Origin: Takakia lepidozioides
Lineage: Eukaryota > Plantae > Bryophyta
Assembly: GCA_030704615.1 (NCBI GenBank)
Contig: CM060731.1
Coordinates: 72,478,001-72,542,000, forward strand
Length of the DNA: 64,000 nucleotides
Direction of reading: 5' to 3'
Shown here: positions 1 to 11,734 of the stretch, piece by piece
Layout of the letters: each line of letters begins with the position of its first letter
How positions within the stretch are numbered: the stretch's first letter is position 1
Program-made: the position numbers and the translations under genes
The notes under the pieces: generated by a model
What the model was told of the DNA's origin: nothing
Databases searched by the model: none
What the model saw: the letters and a program-made list of their open reading frames with translations, nothing else

Positions 1-49
1 CGAAATGTGGAGAAAGTGATGGTAATAAAAGTGCTCAAAAGAGAAAAGT

Positions 50-1087
50 ACCAGCTCTCGCTGACTGCTCTTATGAGACCTCCCTGGATGATTCGTGGGC
101 GTACTATCTTGGGGCCGTGTGGCCATTCGAATTCATTGATGACGCGGAGAGTTTCGGCATCAACCTTGCTGTCCATGTTGAAGGAGATGGCGATGACATC
201 TCCCAAATAGTGTGCATCCACCAGCGATTTTAACAGGCGGTGGAGAGATCCAGCCCGATTTTGGGTGATGATGTTGATAGAGATTCTCATCTTGTTCCAA
301 ACTGCTCCACCGATCGCCTAAAGTCAGTACAACGCACCACAGGCTTGGTCCATTTATCTGGTGGCCAGTTTAAATGAATCTAGCCTTCGCAGGTTACTGT
401 ACTTAGTCCCAACAATGTACTCACACTGAAAGATAACATGCTTAGAAGGGCAGAGGGAGGATTGCGAGAAGTGAGGAGAAGGGGTGGCCTTACCGCGCAA
501 GGCAGCGGACTTGACATCCGACATCCAGAGGGCATATGGAATGGCTGATTGTGGAAGGTGCACTAGCGTGGCATTGCCAGGAGTCACGGCCAGGGTCAGC
601 CCCTTGCGCACATTGGCAGCCAGATCATTCACTGTGATTACAAGGGTAGGAGCATCAATCCGCGCATTGCCACAAATACTTCCTGGATGATGGAGGAGTC
701 CACATTGCCTTTGGCCACAGACCCAACCTGGCAACGCAACACAGTGTAGAGCACTCAAACTTTTGAATTCAAACTAAGACTTGCCGTATGTACATGTCCA
801 GAGTCCCAGCCAGTTCAAAGATTTTCATCGAACTACCCCTTTCTTCCTTTTTTACCTCCAAATCAAAGATCTTGAATCGGCGGTCGTGATAGGAAGCAGC
901 AGTCCAGCCCAGAATAGCAGCAGCTTCCTCGCAAGGGCAGTGTGTGCCCCCACTCACAACCACAAACGCTTTCTTCCAAGGTATGCTCCAAAATTTGAGA
1001 ATGAGAGGGGCGAGGGCTCATCCAGCGAGTGTGCATGGAATAGAACAACGGATTGATGGGGATACATGGTGGCCCACTGTGTCACAC
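50..1087 (-). pseudogene. Fragment of a plant glycosyltransferase family 2-like gene (AT5G60700-like), three exons, truncated, frameshifted
   Basis: Minus-strand peptides VTQWATMYPH..LFHAHSLDE, VVSGGTHCPCEEAAAILGW..RRFKIFDL, TLVITVNDL..LVHLPQ..LWMSDVKSAAL and WNKMRISINIITQNRAGSLHRLLKSL..YLGDVIAISFNMDSKVD..WPHGPK..RIIQGGLIRAVSESWY match this family as I recall it. A GT..AG intron is retained (G|gtaag at ~490, cag| at ~303). Homology stops after SESWY. Confidence 0.75.
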
Positions 1088-1399
1088 AATAGGACCTCTT
1101 GTGTGTGTTGCTTGTGTCTGCAGTCAGGTAATGTCGTATTGGTCTGTGAGAGCCACCACGGTGCAGCAGAGCGGGTGTCGATTGAAACAGGGACGGCTAA
1201 GACCAAGCTATCTCTCCTAATAACCTTGTAAACATCAGGAATACCAAACCATGGTACTAACAAGAGCCAAGAGCCCATTGCGGTTGCGATGCAGGTTGCG
1301 CTTTGCCCCTTCCTGCATCAGTAGCTCAAGAATAGGACTGCAAAGCCTCCATCCCACGCCCCTATTCTGCGATCATCGCGTTCCATGACCCAACACAAC

Positions 1400-1783
1400 A
1401 GCTAGATACTAAGAAACCGCGCAGGGGGGGGAAAAAAAAAAAAAAAAAACCTTAGTCCCAACCCTCTCATGCGCAACCCTATGAGCAACTTTTTTAATTT
1501 TTCAAACCTTTTGGCTACCAGGCTTGCACTAGACGTCATTTTGGTGACTATTTGGTGGTGAGCACGCGTTGGTCAACCATCGTTGACCAACCATCCCTCT
1601 AGTGCGGAGCCATGCAGTCATGACAATGTCTACCAAAGTAGTCACCCAGAGGACTACGTAGTCATTGTCAACGACTACGTGAAGCCCCATTTGGTCCAAA
1701 AATACAAGGAAGTCATGGTCAAAGTAAAAAAAATCATGACTACCATGGTTCAGCAGTCAAATATACCGCGATCTGTTGTAGTG
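1400..1783. mobile_element. Right end of a CACTA (En/Spm-type) element
   Basis: ATCTGTTGTAGTG at 1771-1783 is the reverse complement of CACTACAACAGAT. The subterminal region is rich in ATGAC/GACTAC/GTCAT motifs. Confidence 0.65.
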
Positions 1784-1789
1784 TAAACA

Positions 1790-3075
1790 CTGCCATGGCA
1801 GCTCTGGAAAAGGGGAAAGAGGTCCATGGCGACATCTTCAGAGCTGGAATTGTACCAGATTTTATTCTGAACAATACCCTGGTGGACATATTTGCAAAAT
1901 GTGGGTGCATCTAGGATGCGAAGGGAGTGTTCGACACTATGGCTGAATGAGATGTGGTGTCGTGGAGTGCGATGCTTGCAGGGTATGCACAGCAGGGACG
2001 TGGGATGGAGGCTTTGGAGACCTATGAGCAAATGATAGGGGAAACACATCATGTTTGTGTGCATTTGCAATGCTTGTGCAAGCCTGGCAGCCCTAGAGAA
2101 GGGCAAAGAGGTGAATGGAGATATCATCAAAGCTGGAATTGTACCAAATGTCAATCTGAACACTGCCCTGGCAGCTTTGGAAAAGAGGAAAGAGGTCCAT
2201 GGCGACATCTTTAGAGCTGGAATTGTACCAAATGTACTGGAAGCCGCAGCAGCAGCGGCACAATGGATAAAATTAGGCGTTGCTAATGAAAGCACCTTCT
2301 TCAACACATTTCACCCTGTTTTGCCCTCTTATATGATACTGCCAACATGACAACCGGAAAGTATCAAAAAACAGGTAACAGATATGAGGAGAAGCTGTGG
2401 AATGCATGTGAAGATGCTTTGTGAGGCAGACTGACTGACAAAGGCTCTACAAACTTTAACCCAATGAGGCATTTCAGCAGATTCAGATACGTATGTCTGT
2501 CTCTTGCTTAAGTGCATCAAGATGAAAGGTCTGGAAGCTGGAATCGGGTGCACACTCACATTATCCAAAGTGGATTCATGCCAAATGTTTTTTCTACTCA
2601 ACATCCTTGTCAACATGTATGTTAAGTGCGGGAGCATCATGGATGTTTCCCAAGATTTCTACAGAATGCCTCAGCAATCTTTGATCACGTGGAATATGAT
2701 GTTGGCAGGATTTACCAAGCATGGGTGTGGTAGGAATGCTTTGGAGACCTATGAGCAATTGTTGCGCAAAGGGGTGAAGCCCAACCACATCACGCTTGAT
2801 ACGTTTGCAATGCGTGTGCAAGCCTGGGACCTCTGGAAAAGGGGAAAGAGGTCCATGCTGACATCGTCAAAGCTGGAATTGTACCAGATGACATCCTAAA
2901 CACTGCCCTGGAGGACGTATATGCCAAATGTGGGTGCATTAAGGATGCGAAGGGAGTTTTCAACACTATGGTTGAACCAAATGTGGTGTCATGGAACGCG
3001 ATGCTTGCAGGGTATGCACAGCAGGGACATGGTATGGAGGCTTTGGAGACCTATGATCAAATGATGGGGGAAGGG
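1790..3075 (+). pseudogene. Degenerate PLS-class pentatricopeptide repeat (PPR) gene fragments
   Basis: Motifs DVVSWSAMLAGYAQQGRGMEALETYEQM, NACASLAALEKGKEV.GDIIKAG, LLNILVNMYVKCGSIMD, ITWNMMLAGF and YAKCGCIKDAKGVF..VVSWNAMLAGYAQQG, with many stops and frameshifts. Confidence 0.8.
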
Positions 3076-3289
3076 GGGCACCTTCTTCAATAGCACATCG
3101 GCTACAAGTGGATAGATGGTCAACTGGAAACAGCAACGGCAGCAGCACAATTGATAGAAGGCCCACTGCTAATGAAGGTACCTTCTTCAACATATTTCAC
3201 CTTGTTTATCCTGCTGTTAGAGTCGTCCCTAAATTTTCATGTTGAATTTTGCAAGTTAGCTCGTTGGTGGATCTATGTTGGGGTTGGAG

Positions 3290-3425
3290 TAATTTTGACA
3301 TGTTACTGCCAATGTGGTCGACAGGAAAGTATAAAAAAACAGATAATAGAGATGTGGAGAAGCTCTGGACTGAATATATATCCGACCCTAGTCAATGGTG
3401 GAACAATCCAGGCGAATGCATGTTG
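3290..3425 (+). pseudogene. OSB-like PDF-motif fragment (organellar ssDNA-binding protein-type repeat)
   Basis: EKLWTEYISDPSQWWNN resembles the first half of the OSB PDF motif (LW..F..NP.EWWDNR). Confidence 0.5.
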
Positions 3426-4736
3426 ATGAGACTCCAGCAGTTTTCATAATTCGGTACCATGGGCGGTGTGAATAAGCTCGATATTGTAAGCTAAAGTGTA
3501 TGTCATCAAGGTGCTCAAGAGGGCCATCCACCTTCATCAGCTATAGTGATTAAGGAAGACGTGATGGCAGTTGTTGAGTGATAGAAATTTAATCAACCTT
3601 TCCGTGTGCAACCTGGTGCCGTTGCGACTCGAGGTGGAAGAGCAGATGGTGTCATGCCTACATGGCTTCATGGCAAACGTGACGTGGACCTTTCCTGGCT
3701 TGAAAACTATCACCTGACTATGTCTCCATCACTAGAGGCACAAGGGCAGTGGTGACTGTTATAGGGTTGTCTGAGACTTAGGCAGAATCGGGGGATTTGT
3801 GGGTACCCCTAATTTTTGCGCAGCTGTGATACTTCATGGCTATGTGATCACAGCCCGACACAAGTCACAGTCACAGGGTGTGACGACCTGTGATACTTCA
3901 TGGCTGTGCGGACATAGTTCGTCACGGGCCACACAGGCGCTGTTACCACAGATGGGGCACAAGAAACGGGAACACCACCAGCGGGCACACAGTATAGTTA
4001 CGAGCTGACTGGCGGTTAGAAGCGCGATTAGACGGTTATAGTTTGTAGGTGAAGAGCCAGCGGAAGAGGAGGAGAAGGGCACTTCTTGGACGTCGTTTTG
4101 GGGGGAGGATCTTGAGCTTAGGGATGGAGAGCACACGGAGGAGGAAAGACGATCTGTTAATGCTGGTTACATGCAAGCTGTAGAGATGTATTGTAGGGCA
4201 GAATAGAGACATCATGACTTCGGCCTGAAACATGATAGATAAATCTGATTTCTATTTCATACTCACACTGTGTAGAGAAATCTGAGTGAAGATGTGGAAT
4301 GAATGCTTGAGCAGATGGAACGTGGTAGATTGCAGAAGCAATCTGATACTTAATCTTAGACAGTAAGGTAATTTACTAACATGTATACAAGAAGGAATAG
4401 AAATAGGAAATCACCCCCATGATACACTAGTTGTAGGTCATGACTGGTTGTTCTGAGTGGGAGGAGTACTTAGAGATATCCAACTCTTCTATCTTGGAGT
4501 TTCCACCTCGGATAGCGAAGGGATGGGTGAGTAAAAGCCGCTCGACATTTGGTGACCATACTGGGGAACTGAGTCAAGAACGACCAGATGTGACAGACAT
4601 CTGGTGGGATCATGGAGGCTGGAGAATCAAAGAATTTGATGTGAATCAAATTATGTGTGAAACAGAGAAGGAAAGATTGGCCAAGCAATTCTTTCAAAGG
4701 TTCTTGGAGTTGCCAGACGGTTGTAAAGAAAACATT

Positions 4737-5330
4737 CACTACAACAGATGAGCGCTTTTATGACTGCAAATATGACTATATTGTCAGTCTTATATGCGTT
4801 CATGACTACATCACTCTGTAGTGAAAAAAACCCTGTCATAGCGACCATCCTTTATGACTGCGTTTTGCAAGTCATGGCTGGGACTGCTTGCGTGGCACCT
4901 GGAGTCATGCTGCAGAGACCGATGTAGTTACAACTATATGACTTATATATGACTAACTATATGACTACATGTCTACAAAGTATATGACTCCATGGAGAGG
5001 CGTCAGAGGAACACATATAGCACTCCGGATGTGACACGTGTCCACATGGACAACATACATGACCTACGCGTGGGAAAGAATATCGTATCATATCATGCCA
5101 CAATGCCATGATGTAGATGAGTATATAACTTCATGACTACATTATATGACTACATGTCCACAGGTATGATTGACACATGTCATAAAGAGGTTTTTTTAAT
5201 AATATTTTCAATTTAATAAATCAAATTACAAAATTATAACATTTAGATTATTAATTGACTTAAATTCTTCATTATGTTTTTGGGAAAATAGAATGGAAGC
5301 CATTGTTGTCATTTTTTTTTAAAAAATCAT
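4737..5330. mobile_element. Left end of a CACTA element with subterminal repeats
   Basis: CACTACAACAGAT at 4737-4749, followed by many ATGACTA(C/T) motifs. Similar motif-rich DNA resumes at ~7330-7745. Confidence 0.65.
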
Positions 5331-5739
5331 TCTTTTATTTTTGTTAACAAAGAGGAACAGTGACCTCCAGAACTTTATAGATAATGGACATAAAATGTCC
5401 TTGGATACAAAAAAGAAAAATAACCATTGGATAGAGTGTCATAGAGGCTGAAAGAGGAAGACAACTTCCCGAACCAAGACAAGAAAGAGTAGTAAGAAGG
5501 AAGGCAAGCAAAGAAGGGGGTCTGCATAGAGCTAAAGAGTCTAGCAGGAAAAGAGACTGCAACCAGAAACTACTGCCATAACAGGGAAACAGAAAGGCAC
5601 CGAACTGAGAAGAAGAACTAAAAATCAGATGACACTATCATAAGAAAGTTGGGCCCCAGCCTTCCACTTCCTAAAAGATCTACATATGGAGAGACATCCC
5701 TGTAGGGGTCGTGCTCTTCAGCCCAAAACCAACCAATTG

Positions 5740-7315
5740 ACCATCTACACATGCAGGTTTCTTGTAGCTATCCTTCCACAGGGAATCATAGGTAATCCGG
5801 AGCTTGAAATCCGGCCCTCTTGGAACTATCCATGCCTCTGCACAAATCATGCATACATCCTCGCCTTGCTCCTAGCAGCTGACAATGACAGCCTATAATT
5901 GTTCCAGCAAGCACCCCAACCCTACTAATCACACTAGTTCCTATACTAACTTGCGTCTACTTCCAACAGGCATTCACCTCGATTGTTCCACCATTGACTG
6001 GGGTCGGAAACGTATTCATTCCAAAGCTTCTCTTTGTCTCTGTTATCTGTTTTTCAATACTTTCCTGTAGACCACAGTGGCAGTAACAGGTCAAAATCAC
6101 TCCAAAACCACCATAGATCCACCAATGAGCTAACTTGCAGACTTCAACATGAAAATTTAGGGACGACTCTAATAGCAGGGGAAAACAGGGTGAAATATGT
6201 TGACGAAGGTACCTTCATTAGCAGTGCCTTGTTCTATCAATTGTGCTATTGTTTCTAGTTGACCATCTACCCATTTGTAGCTGCCGTGCTATTGAAGAAG
6301 GTGCCTTCATTACCAGTGCTTGATTTTATCAATTGTGCCGCTGCTGCGGCGGATTCCAGTTGACCATCTACCCATGCAGGTTTCTTGTAGCTGTACTTCA
6401 ACACAGGGAATCATTAGCAGATTTCTTGTAGCTATTGATCCACAGGGAATCATAAGTAATCTTGTGTTTGAAATCCGGCCCTCTTGGATGAATCTGGACC
6501 TCTATCCCCGGTCCTTCAGCTATCCCTGTCTATGTACAAATCATCAATACTTGCTGCTAGCAGTTGAAATTGACGGCGTGAAGTTTTTCCAGCAAACACC
6601 CCAACCCTAATTATTACAGTAGTTCCAGTTCATAATTGCATCTGCTTCTCTCTAGTGTAGTCCAGCATGCATTCATTTTTTTGTCTCCATTGTCCCGCCA
6701 TTGACTGGGGTTGGAAAAGTGTTCATTCCAAAGCTTCTCCTCATCTCTATTACCTATTTTTGGATACTTTTCTGCTGCCACATCAGCAGCAACTTGTCAA
6801 AGTCACTCTAAACCACCATAGATCCACCCAACGAGCTAACTTACAGAATCAATATGCATCTCAGGGCCGAGTCTGATGAGAGTGCAAAATAGGTTGAAAT
6901 AGGTCGAAGAAGAAGGTGCCCTCACCACATTGTCCTTTACCTTGTGTCATGACCCATGGAGGATTTGACCAACCATCAACCAAAAAGGACCTCTTGTGTG
7001 TGCTGCTTGTGTCTGTAGTCAGCTAATGTCGGATTGGTATGTGAGATTGAACCACCACGGTGCAGCTGAGCAGGCAGAGATTGAAACACGGTCTGCTCAA
7101 ACCAAGCTGACTCTCCCAAGAACAACGAGCTTCTCCTCGTCTCGTCTCTCTCCCAAAAACGGCGAGCTCGCAAGAATGTTGGGAGCTTCTTCAGCTCGTC
7201 TCGTCTCCTCCTCCTCTTCTTTTTCCTGCATCATTTGCTCAAGAATATGTCTGCAAAACCTCCATCCCACGCCCTTGCATATCTTGCGATCATCGCGTTC
7301 CATGACACAACATCA
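5740..7315 (-). pseudogene. Degenerate OSB-like PDF-motif repeats plus a PPR fragment
   Basis: Minus strand: PRGPDFKLRITYDSLWKD (~5740-5830), EKLWNEYVSDPSQWWNNR (~5975-6035), HPRGPDFKHKITYDSLWINS (~6430-6495), EKLWNEHFSNPSQW (~6700-6740) and DVVSWNAMIAR (~7285-7315). Confidence 0.6.
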
Positions 7316-7827
7316 AATAGATGGTGTGGCGCAGAAGACAAAAAAACCTAAGTCCTAGCCCGATGTAAAGTTCGGCGGTATAATCTTAAACCGTTAAATC
7401 TTAAACAATCTAGACCGTTAGATCCTATAAAATCTAACGATTCAAAATAATTACTTTTCATCACATGATCTAACCATGTACAACCATGACCATTGTGTAT
7501 TTTAATCTCATATATCTTGTGATGCTTGTTAAGTCACGTCCATCCAGGTCCAATTTATTGAACAAATATCAAATCGACACATGAAAATATGACAAGACCA
7601 CCGTAAAGGCGGATGGTTGAACCCATCCATTGGATGAATTCATTCATGTATATGCCTTTAAAATGACACGTGTAGTGATGTAGTCATATATATAGAGTTA
7701 TGAAACAATCTGCAGTAAAGTAGTCATAAGTTTACATGTCATGTCAGGATGTCTCCCATGTGTACTTTGCCTTAAGAACAATGTTTCTGGGTATTGAAAC
7801 AAGAATGCAAGCATCCACAGGTTGAAC

Positions 7828-10800
7828 TTACTCACAGGCAAAGTCGGAGTCGAGCTCCTTGTCGGATGTCTCCCCTGTATCAATATCACCGGGAAGGGGC
7901 TTCGGAAGGACTTGAGAAGTGTGTCCACCCAAACCCATCAAGAGGTTCTTGTAAATCTCGGCATCCCCTTCAATCCCAAAGAGATGTTGCGCACTGGCCT
8001 TGCAAGCGTGGTACGAAGCACCTGCAATGGAATAGAACGAAGGAAACAGACATTGAAGACTCATTTGGAACGGTGGGAAGTGCTGAAAGTGCAAGCTCAA
8101 ACAAACCCGATCAAATGTGAAGGATGAAGAGACGAACCTGTGCCCATTGACAAATCCAAAACTCTGGCACATATTCATTTGAGCGACTTATGCAACTCCA
8201 TCCGAGAACCACCAAGAAGAAGAATAAGAAGGCAGATTTACCATCTCTCCCGGACGATCCCCCTTCGTCAGGTATATGCTATCCACACAATTCCATGTCT
8301 TCACGACCCTTATACCGGAGGCTTTCAAATAGCTGGCAAGTGCACGGCGACAAGGAAGGTCGATGGACTGGATGAGCACCAAAACACCTGCATCGGACAG
8401 AAAGAAATTGCAAAATGAGAAAACCCACCGCTAGTAGCGTTCATCAAAAGCATTCCAACCTGGACAAGCACCCGCTGGAGGGACATCCGGGACTGGCAAC
8501 CCATCAGGGATGTCCAAGATGATGAGTTCGGCTGCATATGGCTTCTCCTTCCCGTTCACCCAAGATCTGGTCATTTTAGCCTGCAAACAAGCATGCAAAG
8601 AAATGCTCAAGAGGATTGAGACGAGCCATGCCCACTACACACAAGAAGCAAAAGACAACACGCATCGTGCAGAGGAACTCCAGAATCCTCTCCCACACTA
8701 GTGATGGATCGCCCTTGTAATCAGATTTCTTGGACTCCATCATGGCAAGGAACCCGATGTTGGCCATCTCCAACTTGGTAGGGCGAATGACCCTCGTGGG
8801 ATGCTCCATTGCATGGTACGGGTCCTTAGGATCAACCACCCTCTTGTTTTTTCTCCCGGATCCCCTACCAGGCGGTGGAGTCTCTTTGGTTTGCTGGACA
8901 TCCGCCGCAGGGCCAGCTTTTGCAACACTTCCTTGCCCAACAACCTACCCTTGCGCTCCCTTCCCCCTACCATTTCCTTTCCCCACACCAACAGCAACAT
9001 CATTTCCCTTCGCCTTTCTACCTTTACCCGGGGTATCCTGAGCGGGAGGCTCCTTCTCTGCAAGTGTCCTCAAATTTCTATCATGAATCTCGAGGTCGGC
9101 AGCCACAGCAGTGGCTACTACACGCTCATTCTCTCTCCTCAAAGACACCTCCTGTGCCGGGGTCTCAGAAACAGGGCAATCCAAATACCAACCACAGGCA
9201 GAAAGATGGTCTGGGCCCCAGTCCTGCAAGTTCCCCGCAGTAAACATGGTCTGGTTGCCAGCAGGAACTAGCCACAGGTCCACGAAATCAGGATGTTTGT
9301 CTAAGTAGTTCTCTGCCATGAGAACATACTTTATGTACCTGCAGGCACAGAGACAGCCTCATTATGCAATGCAACTATTGTCTCCCAGCTTTTCCACCAC
9401 ATCACGAAGACCGCCTAAAAAAGTATGCGGCACCGCACACTGCAACCACCGCACACAAAATATCCTGAAGGGCCCAGGGTGTGCACGTTGATGTTACTAC
9501 ACATGGATAGAGCAAATGAGTGTGCGGCACCGCACACTCATATGAGCCAACACAAAACAGGTTGGATGGAGGAGAGTGTGTCTTTGCAAATCAAATAAGC
9601 ATAGTCTATTTCTCATATGTAAAGGCATCGTTTCCAGTCTTCCTCTCCTTTTTCTTGCTAGTCAAGCTCATTTGTTCGACTGATGCCACCCTCTTTGTTG
9701 AACTCCCTGAAGAAACAAGATTGCCACACTGTGGCTCTCCATTTCCGCATGTATGCTTGGAAGGAGACCTTCGGTGTTGTCATGGTGATGCCATAGTCAG
9801 CCAGCTGCATATGTAGAACAGACTGGGCCCTTTCCTCCAACTGCAAAACAATTCGAATGCAAGAATGAACTAGAAATCAATCACAGTCATTGTAACATGG
9901 AATGAGAACGATAGAAAAGCGAAATGAAAGTGACACAAGAAAGGACATCATACCTTGCTCCAGTAAGTGGCCTTGTGAAGCCATGTGTCCATCATATTGT
10001 CACTGATTGGAATGACACGCTGGGTCTTCTTCTCTTTCTCCTGCCTGGGGAACATGTGGGTATCCCTAACAGTGGGATCGGAGTTCCATATCTGTAGCCA
10101 CTTCACCTTCTGTTCTGAAGACACAACGGCGGTAGACAACCTGTGCAACTTCTCCTGGGCCATCTCCGGCTTGCCCGGCTTGTTGAAATGGTTTTTCACC
10201 TCTTGAAGAAACTGTGGTCCGCAGGATGGGTCGGCAATTCTCAACTGCTTCACAAAAGCACTCATAATATTCTTTCTTGTGGCGGTCATCTCTTGCTTGA
10301 TGTGACTCTCAACCCCCTTTGCTGTCCTTCTCTCTTCAGGGGTAGAGCTATAGTATTCTAGTTTGCCACTTTGTCCTGCATCTGCAATATCTTGCTGCAA
10401 GAGAATGCACGACAGATGCATTAACACAAGGGCAAGGGAAACAAACAAAAACAAAGATCTGGAAGCAAGAATATCCAAAGGCCAAATGATGGAAGATGTA
10501 TCTCACCGCGTATATATACTCCATGAAAGCCTCACGGGTCAACGAGTACCATGTTTTTGATGTCTTGGAGCTTTCGCACTTCTTGTATGTCTTCGCTGAA
10601 AGGATGGTCTTGAAGTTGGTCAAGGGCATCTGGCCGATCCTCTGTATCATGTACAGAGTGTGAACCAGACTCGTTTTCACATGCGATGTCTCCGTCCCTC
10701 TGCAGAATGATGTGTGAAAGTTAGAATGAAATTCAAGAACCGACAACAGAGGACCGGAACCATAGAACCACGGAACCACAACTGGAACATGTAGAATTAG

Positions 10801-11390
10801 AAACCAACATGTTCACATCATTCATTGCCGTCAGAAGACCCATCATGTTCCCGTAACAATCCAGCACCATCGCTCGAACACAGTAATGCCACTCTTCCTC
10901 CTGTGAGTGCAGCCTCCCAATGACAGCCATCCATGCAAGCAACCAGTGGCCATACGTGAAACATCTTCCATGAGAATGCTTGGGTCGAAGGTTTCCTGGA
11001 GAGAAGAAGTTTGAAGGATTCGTTCACCTGTCTCCAAATGGGATCCCAAGAGTCCACGATTGACTCATCCACAAGGAGCTCTTTGCCTCTGGAATCCCTT
11101 GTAGAAACGTAAAAGACTGCGGATCCATCCAAATACCCATGAACAAACTCGGCCTCCAGTTTTTGGATGTCCTTGATGAGGGGTGGACCAACGACGGGCA
11201 TGGAAACCAACCTACACAGGGGAATCTTCAACCTCCCACCCGGGGCAAGCATACTTTGCACCACAAGCTGAGAATTTACCTTCTGACACCCCAGCATCTC
11301 CGCGGCTTTGTTTTCATAGAACTCATCGTCCACATCAACAATGATCTCCTTTTCCTGCCCTAAAGTGTTCTCATCCTCCACCCTTTGCAT
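7828..11390 (-). pseudogene. ParB-like / amino-DNA-methyltransferase-like fusion gene, copy A (disrupted)
   Basis: Same exon series as 46066-49696, including LKIPLCRLVSMPVV, ELIILDIPDG and VLDLSMGT|GASYHACKAS..LFGIEGD. The DGNHR motif is deleted with a frameshift (~10945), most of one MTase exon is lost (~8170), and there are premature stops. Confidence 0.85.
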
Positions 11391-11734
11391 CTTCTCATGC
11401 AGGGATGTTCATTCAAATTGACATAAGAGAGAGGTCAGAAACAATGTGCGGTGCGAAACACTGTACATAGCTTCAAACACACATCTTTTCCGTGTTTTCA
11501 CAAAGCTTCAAATGTGCTTCAAAGTTTAAAAAAGAATCAAGTTGGCTTCCTATTTCTAGCTTCCATTTGTCTCTGTTTGAAGCAAGAGAGAGAACTGAAT
11601 GAGTTCATTCCAAACCAAATAGAACACTTGACAGGGGTTACAAGAAATGTAGACCAGAGTGACTATTCTGTGCTTACAGGTTGATTGGAGCCTGATCGAA
11701 AGACTTGGGTGAATAAAATACAAAGGGCCTGAGA

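Noticed and set aside
3990-4736. LINE fragments (also 5345-5690 and 41930-42700)
   Set aside because: Composition is suggestive, but I could not identify RT or endonuclease motifs.
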